DNA of 21,807 nucleotides, from the NCBI GenBank assembly GCA_041742355.1, contig JBGSIV010000258.1, positions 1 to 21,807 of the forward strand. Reading direction: 5' to 3'. The DNA comes from Candidatus Zixiibacteriota bacterium. Its GTDB lineage: Bacteria; Zixibacteria; MSB-5A5; GN15; FEB-12. This document shows, piece by piece, positions 15,764 to 21,807 of the stretch. Within the stretch, counting starts at the first letter, position 1. Every line of letters starts with the position of its first letter. A program made the translations under genes and the position numbers. The notes beneath the pieces were generated by a model. The model was not told where the DNA came from. It searched no databases and saw only the letters and a list, made by a program, of their open reading frames with translations.

Positions 15764-16537
15764 TCAGTCGGCCATCGTGTTAAACAGGCTGCCGATACAT
15801 TCGATACGTACTTCGATCCGGTCGCCCGGCTTCATCGGAGCGATCCCCGAGGGCGTCCCGGTTGAGATCAGATCCCCCGGCAGGAGCGTCATGACCGACG
15901 AAATGTAGCTGATCAGGAACGGAATCTTGAATATCATCTGCGCGATACGGCCGGACTGCTTCGTCTCACCGTTGTGAATGCCCTCCACCAGCAGGTTCTC
16001 GTACCGCTGGTCGCACACGATCCATGGCCCCACCGGGCAAAACGTATCAAACCCCTTCGCCCGCGACCACTGCCCGTCGACCTTTTGCAAATCCCGCGCC
16101 GTGACATCGTTGACACAGGTCAACCCGAATATGTATTTCTCCGCTTCGTTCTCCGGCACATCCTTCGCCGTCCGGCCGATAATAACCCCAAGCTCCGCCT
16201 CGTAGTCGACCCGCTGCGACTGCGAGGGATGCACGATCCTGTCATCGGGGCCAATTATCGACGATGGCGGCTTCAGGAAAATCAGCGGGCGTTCCGGCGC
16301 TTCATCGGCCGAGTAACTGGCCTGGACATGGGCATGGTAATTCAGCCCGATACAGACAATCTTGCTCGGCTCCACCGGGGCCAGCAGGGTCGCCTCGCTC
16401 AGCTTGACCGGCGACCCGGCGGCCACCTCTCCCAGCCAGGGCGACTGCCGCAGTGGAGTGATGACATCGTCGTCGGACAGGCGGCCCCAGGTTATCGAAT
16501 TATTGGCTGATCGCACGCGAACATAACGGCGGCTCAT
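15764..16537 (-). CDS. Fumarylacetoacetate hydrolase family protein
   Basis: PSKIVCIGLNY..H, FLKPPSS, DYEAELGVIIG, NDVTARDLQ, KGFDTFCPVGP, PGDLISTGTP.G. Start ATG 16537 with upstream GGAGAG. Confidence 0.95.
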   Translation of the reverse strand: MSRRYVRVRSANNSITWGRLSDDDVITPLRQSPWLGEVAAGSPVKLSEATLLAPVEPSKIVCIGLNYHAHVQASYSADEAPERPLIFLKPPSSIIGPDDRIVHPSQSQRVDYEAELGVIIGRTAKDVPENEAEKYIFGLTCVNDVTARDLQKVDGQWSRAKGFDTFCPVGPWIVCDQRYENLLVEGIHNGETKQSGRIAQMIFKIPFLISYISSVMTLLPGDLISTGTPSGIAPMKPGDRIEVRIECIGSLFNTMAD

Positions 16538-16579
16538 GGCGGGTCTCTCCACTTCTACGGTTTGCGGTCCTCTTATCCG

Positions 16580-16608
16580 AATTAACGCGGTCGCAACAGC
16601 AGGGTCAA
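16580..16608 (-). promoter_or_regulatory. Putative promoter of FAH-alaX-lptD (TTGACC-N17-TTAATT)
   Basis: Minus strand TTGACC CTGCTGTTGCGACCGCG TTAATT in the 77-bp intergenic gap. Confidence 0.55.
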
Positions 16609-16614
16609 TGAGAA

Positions 16615-17973
16615 TCAGACCTCCTTGAGCTTCCAGCCCCCCCGCCGGAACCACCAGGCCAGGATAATCGCCTTAATCGTGGTCGTAATCGTCAGCGTCC
16701 ACCACACCCCGCTGATCCCCCAGCCGAGCGTGAACGCCAGGTAGTAGGCCAGCGGGATCCGCGCCAGCGCCCCCGGCACCATCACGAGCATCGGCGGCAT
16801 CGTATCTCCGGCCCCGCCGAACGCTCCTTCCAGCACAATCTCAACCGCCATCGTTACCTGCGATAACCCGAGGATTATCAGGTAGTCGACCGCCATGTCG
16901 AGCACCTCCGGACTGTCCGTGAAAATCGAGGCTATCGTCCGAGGAATCGTGAGAAAAAACACCGACACCGTCAAAGTCACCCCGATCGCGATCCCGGTTG
17001 CCCCCCAGGCGCAGCGCGCCGCCCGCTCGGGTTTGCCCGCCCCGAGATTCTGCCCCACCATGGTCGCTGCCGCCACCGAAAACCCGGAACAGATCAGGTA
17101 CGAGAACGACTCCATCCGGTTGCCGATCCCCATCGCCGCCCCGGCCGTCGTCCCGAACTGATGGACTATCTTGATGAGGAACCAGTACACCGCCACAAAC
17201 ACAAACGAGTGACTCGCGATCGGCAGGCCAATCCGGGCAATCTTGAGCATCTCCGGAAACACCGGCGGAATTCGCAACAGCGGCTTGACCTCAAAACCGG
17301 CCCGACCGCGATTGAGAAGAGCCAGCACCACCGCCGCGGCCGTAGTTACCGATATCCCGGTCGCCACCGCCGCCCCGGTCACCCCCATCGCCGGGACCGG
17401 CCCCCAGCCAAAAATGAAGAGCGGATCGAGCCCCATATTCAGGAAGACCATGCCGATGCCGATTACCGTCGGCGTCCTCGTGTCCCCCACCGCCCGGAAG
17501 ATCGCATACGAAATGTCCATGACGAAGAAGCAGAGCGAAAAGGCGTAAATCGTCCGCATGTACGGAATCGCCATGGCGATCGTCTCCGGCCCCGTGTCCA
17601 TGAACCGCAGTGCCGGCGGCGTGAGAAACATCGCGGCGATCGTTATCACCGTCGCCATCCCCACCCCCATCGCGAGCCCCTGGCGAGCGTAAAACGCCGC
17701 TCGCTCCGGATTGCCGGCCCCCATGTTCCGGGCCACCACCGCCGTTATGCCGACCGAAATGATGCCGATGGCCGAAAACAGAGTCCAGATCGTCACCATG
17801 CTCGTGGTGATCGCGTCCTGCGCATGCGGCCCGAGCTTGCCCACCCAGAAGTAGTCCGTGCTGGCCAGCGCGAACTCGAAGAACTGCGCCAGCACCACCG
17901 GCGCCGCCAGCGAAATGACGGTCCGGCTGATAGGTCCTTCGGTAATGCTCTTGCTGTTCGCTGTGTATGACAT
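16615..17973 (-). CDS. MATE family efflux transporter
   Basis: ITEGPI...LAAP, D..WVGKLG, FRAVGDTRTP, N..LDPLFIFG.GP.PAMGV.GAA.AT, VGQNLGAG, GAGDT; about 12 hydrophobic segments. Start ATG 17973. Confidence 0.95.
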   Translation of the reverse strand: MSYTANSKSITEGPISRTVISLAAPVVLAQFFEFALASTDYFWVGKLGPHAQDAITTSMVTIWTLFSAIGIISVGITAVVARNMGAGNPERAAFYARQGLAMGVGMATVITIAAMFLTPPALRFMDTGPETIAMAIPYMRTIYAFSLCFFVMDISYAIFRAVGDTRTPTVIGIGMVFLNMGLDPLFIFGWGPVPAMGVTGAAVATGISVTTAAAVVLALLNRGRAGFEVKPLLRIPPVFPEMLKIARIGLPIASHSFVFVAVYWFLIKIVHQFGTTAGAAMGIGNRMESFSYLICSGFSVAAATMVGQNLGAGKPERAARCAWGATGIAIGVTLTVSVFFLTIPRTIASIFTDSPEVLDMAVDYLIILGLSQVTMAVEIVLEGAFGGAGDTMPPMLVMVPGALARIPLAYYLAFTLGWGISGVWWTLTITTTIKAIILAWWFRRGGWKLKEV

Positions 17974-18002
17974 TCGCCTGTCTTCGATTGCAGTGAGCCG
18001 GT

Positions 18003-18031
18003 AAAGTATGCGCTTTGCCCGTCCATCACAA
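18003..18031 (-). promoter_or_regulatory. Putative MATE promoter (TTGTGA-N17-TACTTT)
   Basis: Minus strand TTGTGA TGGACGGGCAAAGCGCA TACTTT, about 30 nt before the ATG. Confidence 0.5.
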
Positions 18032-18056
18032 GCACAATAGATTTGCGAAAAACACC

Positions 18057-18077
18057 TTGCCCGAACACCCCGGGCAA
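18057..18077. promoter_or_regulatory. Perfect inverted repeat TTGCCCG-N7-CGGGCAA in the divergent intergenic region (possible operator)
   Basis: TTGCCCG (18057-18063) AACACCC CGGGCAA (18071-18077); a third TTGCCCG half-site lies at 18015-18021. Confidence 0.4.
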
Positions 18078-18133
18078 TCCGATATTCCCTGTGGTTTGAC
18101 TGAAAACACTGCCTTCTGGGGAGGAGGATATCC

Positions 18134-18784
18134 ATGAAGTCTCACGCAGTACTCGCGGCTGCGGCTCTCTGCCTGGTCTGTACCTTTGAACCCCTGCACG
18201 CTCAGGCCACCCGCAACGCCGGAACTCGTCAACACCGCGAAAGCGAACAGAAGACCGTAAACAAGCGGCCGATCATGATCAGCCCCAACATCAACATGGC
18301 CTACCTGACTGGCGGCGTCAGCGACGACATCCGGGAGGCATGGCGGCGGATCACGCCCGGGGTCGGGGTCGGCGCCGATTACGCCGTGACTCCCTGGCTG
18401 AGACTCGGCCTGCGGACAGATGTCGTGTGGTGCTGGCCGGTGAAAGTGAATGATGCGATTGTGCGGATGTGGTCGTATGGTGCGACCGCCACGTGGATCT
18501 TCAGACCTGACGGAAACTCATCCCTGTACCTGCGCGGCGAGGCCGGACGCGCCTCCCTGAATGCCACCGAACGGGCTGACGACGACGGAGGAGTTCACTC
18601 TCTGTGGAGAATCGGGATCGGCTTGCAGTCCTTCACGGGCTTCACCCGCGCCCTGCGCGAAGAAGTCTACTTCCGGGTGATCGAAACGGAGGACCAGGCC
18701 GCCGGAATATTCGCCTTCAGCGAACCCTTGCCATACAACCTCAAGCAGTTCGGCTTTGAGTTCACCTTTGCCTTCGGCCTATAA
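18134..18784 (+). CDS. Small outer membrane beta-barrel protein (OmpA/OmpW-like, probably 8-stranded), function unknown
   Basis: Strong SD GGAGGAGG; signal peptide ending LHA-Q; alternating strands GVGVGADY, LRLGLRTD, WSYGATATW, LYLRGEAG, WRIGIGL, and terminal FGFEFTFAFGL. Confidence 0.75.
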   Translation: MKSHAVLAAAALCLVCTFEPLHAQATRNAGTRQHRESEQKTVNKRPIMISPNINMAYLTGGVSDDIREAWRRITPGVGVGADYAVTPWLRLGLRTDVVWCWPVKVNDAIVRMWSYGATATWIFRPDGNSSLYLRGEAGRASLNATERADDDGGVHSLWRIGIGLQSFTGFTRALREEVYFRVIETEDQAAGIFAFSEPLPYNLKQFGFEFTFAFGL

Positions 18785-20395
18785 CCCGGAGCTCGACGAC
18801 GCCGCCACGCCCGAACCGATCCCGAGCCGCCGGGCAAGGTACTGCGGATCGAGCCGCTCCCCCGTGCCCCGCTCAAGCAGGTCGCGCCACTCGTAGCGCG
18901 CCCCGAACCGGAAATAGTTCTGGTTCAGGAACGACCCCACCGACGGATTGTCGATCAGCGTGCCGTACATCCGCTGCAGCGACACGAGCGACTGCGCCGT
19001 AATCATGTCGCCGAACAGGTAGTTGTGCACGTACACCGGGTGGGTCGTATAGTGGATAATGCTCGCCCACGGCTTCAAATCGTCGTGCCGAGGCAGCATC
19101 ATGTAGCGTTCGAAGAGATCCCAGTACAGCTTGTTCAAATCCTGGTTCGGGTTCTGGTACGCCTCATACTCCCATATCAGGCGCATGATCGTCGTGCGCA
19201 GGTAGATGATCTCCTGCTCGGCCCGCGCCCGCAGGAACGCCGTCGCCGTCTCCGGCGACATCCCCGCATACCGGATCAGCCAGTCCGGCTCATCGATGAG
19301 CGCCGCCACCAGCTGCGCCATCCCCTCCTGCCACGACTCCGACACGCTGTTGACAAACAGCGCTCGATCCTGCGCGATGTGCGTCATGTGCAGCGCGTGG
19401 CCGATCTCGTGCATGAGCGTCCGGGCACTCTGGTACCCGTCCGTGACATTCGCCAGCACCCGGACATCGTAGGGAGGCTTGATCGGAAATGCATACGCCA
19501 GCTGCGACTTGTCGCTGCGCGGCTGCAGATCGAAGTAAATCGGCAGCTTGTCGAGATCATACCCGAGCGCCTTGAGGCTCCGCGATATCATCGCGAATTG
19601 CGAATCGGCCGGGAAATAGTAGTCCCCCGTTCGATTGATCTCCGCATAAGCAAACGCCAGGTCCCAGATCTCCAGCCGGTCGTACCCGAGCTTCTCCTGC
19701 GCCCGGTTCAGGATATCCTTGTATGGTTGCAGACTGAGCGAATCAAGCGTATTGAGAATCGACAGGTACCGCGGCGCATCCAACCCCTGATGCTTGAATA
19801 CCAGCGTGAAGAAATTCGCGGCGCTCAACTTCGCCGCTCCCTGGTTGCGCAGCCGTATCAACTGCTCCAATCCGCCCGCCAGCGTGTCACCGATACTATT
19901 GTAGGCCCGGAACGCGCTCTCCCGACGAAACCGGTCCCCATCCGTCCGATACAGCCGGTACAGGTAGCTCTGCGACCGCTTCTGGCCGTCGAAATCCGCC
20001 CGGAACTCGATATCAATATTCACCAGCGAATCGCGCACCCGCGTCACCGGCAGCGATGCCTCCACCTGCGCCAGCAGCAGGTCCGACTCGAGCAGTTCCA
20101 CCCGGCGGACATCCTCCTTGTCGGTCACCATCGGTTTCCCCTGGCGAACGACCGCGAACGTCTCCGGATCCGACACGACATAATTGGTCAGACCGCGGTA
20201 AAATTCGAGCGAATCCGACCGCCCGGTCGTGTACAGCTCCCAGGTCTCCTGCCCCACCCGGTAGTCCAGCCACTCCAGCTTCTGCTCGAGCACATCGAGC
20301 GTCGCCAGGACCTCGTCCCGTGAGATCCGCTCGTCTTTCCTGCACGCGGCCAACAGCAGCAGCAGCGCGATCGCAATCAGTGAAATCCGTTTCAT
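18779..20395 (-). CDS. Lipoprotein zinc metallopeptidase, gluzincin of M2/M3 type
   Basis: Lipobox LAA-C18; TLMHEIGHALH (HExxH), downstream third ligand in WQEGMA, LIRLRN..A motif, HYTTHPVYVHNY, TGE.L near the C-terminus. Confidence 0.85.
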   Translation of the reverse strand: MKRISLIAIALLLLLAACRKDERISRDEVLATLDVLEQKLEWLDYRVGQETWELYTTGRSDSLEFYRGLTNYVVSDPETFAVVRQGKPMVTDKEDVRRVELLESDLLLAQVEASLPVTRVRDSLVNIDIEFRADFDGQKRSQSYLYRLYRTDGDRFRRESAFRAYNSIGDTLAGGLEQLIRLRNQGAAKLSAANFFTLVFKHQGLDAPRYLSILNTLDSLSLQPYKDILNRAQEKLGYDRLEIWDLAFAYAEINRTGDYYFPADSQFAMISRSLKALGYDLDKLPIYFDLQPRSDKSQLAYAFPIKPPYDVRVLANVTDGYQSARTLMHEIGHALHMTHIAQDRALFVNSVSESWQEGMAQLVAALIDEPDWLIRYAGMSPETATAFLRARAEQEIIYLRTTIMRLIWEYEAYQNPNQDLNKLYWDLFERYMMLPRHDDLKPWASIIHYTTHPVYVHNYLFGDMITAQSLVSLQRMYGTLIDNPSVGSFLNQNYFRFGARYEWRDLLERGTGERLDPQYLARRLGIGSGVAASSSSGL

Positions 20396-20416
20396 GACGT
20401 CAATTCCGTTGATCTG

Positions 20417-20854
20417 TTAGGCCTTCGTTGTATCGGCGAAATACGACAGCGCCATCGCGTAGCCGTAGAACCCGAACCCGGTCACCTGCCCCCGCACCGC
20501 CGGAGCGATCACCGAGTGACGGCGAAACTCCTCCCGGGCGTAGATGTTGGACAGGTGCACCTCGACTGTCTCAATCCCCACCGCAGAAATCGCATCCCGC
20601 AACGCGTGACTGTAATGCGTCAGCGCCCCGGGATTGATAATCATGCCGTCCGCCGTCGGCCCCTCTTTCTGAATATAGTCAATGATCTCCCCCTCGCTGT
20701 TCGATTGAAAAAACGCCAGGTCGAACTTCAACTCCCGGGCGAATTCGCCCAGGCGGCTGTTCAGATCCTCAAGCGTCGACGAACCGTAGATCTCCGGCTC
20801 CCGCTTCCCCAGGAGGTTAAGATTGGGACCGTTGACCACGAGAATTCGGGGCAT
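20417..20854 (-). CDS. aroQ: Type II 3-dehydroquinate dehydratase
   Basis: NGPNLNLLGKREPEIYG, QSNSEG, INPGALTHYS, EVHLSNIYAREEFRRHS; SD AAGGAG. Confidence 0.98.
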   Translation of the reverse strand: MPRILVVNGPNLNLLGKREPEIYGSSTLEDLNSRLGEFARELKFDLAFFQSNSEGEIIDYIQKEGPTADGMIINPGALTHYSHALRDAISAVGIETVEVHLSNIYAREEFRRHSVIAPAVRGQVTGFGFYGYAMALSYFADTTKA

Positions 20855-21806
20855 GACGAGCTCCTTTTGAATCGTAGTGCTCCAGCATCAGCGCCACTGC
20901 CTCTGAAACGGCAGCTTCCGGAACGGCTTCGGTTATTATCGGCTGCCCCGGGGCATCGAGCAAGACAAATCTCATCTTCTCCCCGACCCGCTTCTTGTCA
21001 AAGGCCATCGCCGCCAGTATGTGCTCCCGGTGTACCGTACGGTACGGCACCCTGGCCATCAGCCGCCCGACCAGTTCCTGGTACTTCACCAGCCGTTTCC
21101 GCCGCGCGGGACGAAGAATCCCGCTCAGCTCGATCGCCGCATCCAGCCCGAGCAGCACCGCCTCGCCGTGGAGCAGCTTCCCGAACCCGAGCGCCTTCTC
21201 GATCGCATGGCCGAACGTATGCCCCAGGTTTAGCCGCATCCGCAGCCGCCCCTCCCGCTCGTCGCATGCCACCGTCTCCGCCTTATACGCCGCCGACAGA
21301 TCGATCAACCCTCCCAGCGACTCCGGCTCCAGCAGATTTCCCTGCCCGAGGTGGGCCTCGAGCCGGTCGATGAACTCCCCGCCCGCCAACCCGGCATACT
21401 TCGCCACCTCCCCCATCCCGGCCATAAACTCCCGCCCCGGCAACGTCTCCAGAAACACCAGATCGCACAGCACGAACGAAGGCTGCCAGAACGCACCGAT
21501 CAGGTTCTTCCCCAGTGCATGATTGATCCCCGTCTTGCCGCCGATCGCCGCGTCCACCATTCCCAGGAGCGTCGTCGGCACCGCTCCCCAGCCGAGACCG
21601 CGCAGCGTGGTCGCCGCAGCGTACCCGGCCAGATCGGTCACCACCCCGCCGCCCACCGCCACGATGAAGTCGTTGCGGGAAACGCCGCTCTCCAGCAGAA
21701 ACGTGTACATATCCTGAAGCACCGCCGCGCTCTTCGCCCGCTCCCCGGACGGAATGACCAGTTCCGTCACCCGCCGCCTGGCCGGCGCCAGCGCCGCCAT
21801 AACCTC
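20817..21806 (-). CDS. aroB: 3-dehydroquinate synthase (5' end outside the window)
   Basis: GE.AKS, GGGVVTDLAG, PTTLL..VDAAIGGKTGIN, KNLIGAFWQP, LNLGHTFGHAIE, LHGEAV, DKK. The frame stays open to the window edge (..E-V-M). Confidence 0.97.
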   Translation of the reverse strand, partial: EVMAALAPARRRVTELVIPSGERAKSAAVLQDMYTFLLESGVSRNDFIVAVGGGVVTDLAGYAAATTLRGLGWGAVPTTLLGMVDAAIGGKTGINHALGKNLIGAFWQPSFVLCDLVFLETLPGREFMAGMGEVAKYAGLAGGEFIDRLEAHLGQGNLLEPESLGGLIDLSAAYKAETVACDEREGRLRMRLNLGHTFGHAIEKALGFGKLLHGEAVLLGLDAAIELSGILRPARRKRLVKYQELVGRLMARVPYRTVHREHILAAMAFDKKRVGEKMRFVLLDAPGQPIITEAVPEAAVSEAVALMLEHYDSKGARHAPNSRGQRSQS

Positions 21807-21807
21807 C

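Noticed and set aside
15736..15770. Canonical -10 TACAAT upstream of the AlaX gene
   Set aside because: No TTG-type -35 at 16-18 nt and no extended -10 TG; a single hexamer is insufficient.
17974..18135. N-terminal extensions in the ORF track (MATE, FAH, SLT, nadD, polA, ftsK)
   Set aside because: The extensions overlap neighbouring genes or promoter regions and lack family-like sequence; downstream ATGs match family N-termini.
96..21347. Several KOPS-like GGGNAGGG octamers on the minus strand near ftsK
   Set aside because: The minus strand is G-rich throughout, so such octamers are expected by chance; needs genome-wide skew statistics.
21798..21807. GGAGG directly before the ATG at 21800 as the true aroB start
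   Set aside because: Spacing is only 2 nt, the frame is open to the window edge, and the protein would lack the usual AroB N-terminal segment; the gene is more likely truncated by the window.
1..21807. CRISPR arrays, tRNA/rRNA, IS elements, prophage or defence genes, frameshifted pseudogenes
   Set aside because: Intergenic gaps are all 160 bp or shorter, no repeat-spacer pattern or integrase/transposase motif was seen, and all reading frames appear intact.

Overview
High-GC bacterial chromosomal core region with 19 CDS, 18 of them on the minus strand; no mobile element, RNA gene or CRISPR was recognised. In transcription order on the minus strand: aroB (5'-truncated), aroQ, lipoprotein M2/M3-type metallopeptidase, [a lone plus-strand beta-barrel OMP gene], MATE transporter, FAH-family hydrolase, AlaX-type tRNA editing protein, a 1210-aa OstA/LptA-LptD fusion, HU with terminator, ftsK, lolA-like, rimO, membrane-anchored lytic transglycosylase, bamD, nadD, polA, coaE and transketolase (3'-truncated, missing from the ORF track). 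Protein style suggests a diderm of the FCB group (Zixibacteria-like); this is an inference without a database check. The most interesting signals are: (1) an apparent fusion of a long periplasmic OstA/LptA jellyroll to LptD; (2) strong enrichment of the Bacteroidota O-glycosylation sequon D-(S/T)-(A/I/L/V/M/T) in exported proteins, with two dense clusters in LptD, alongside other Bacteroidota-like export signatures; (3) a recurring non-canonical promoter-like motif TTGnnn-N17-(T/G)TAnTT in the intergenic gaps, which predicts leaderless or near-leaderless mRNAs for coaE and ftsK.
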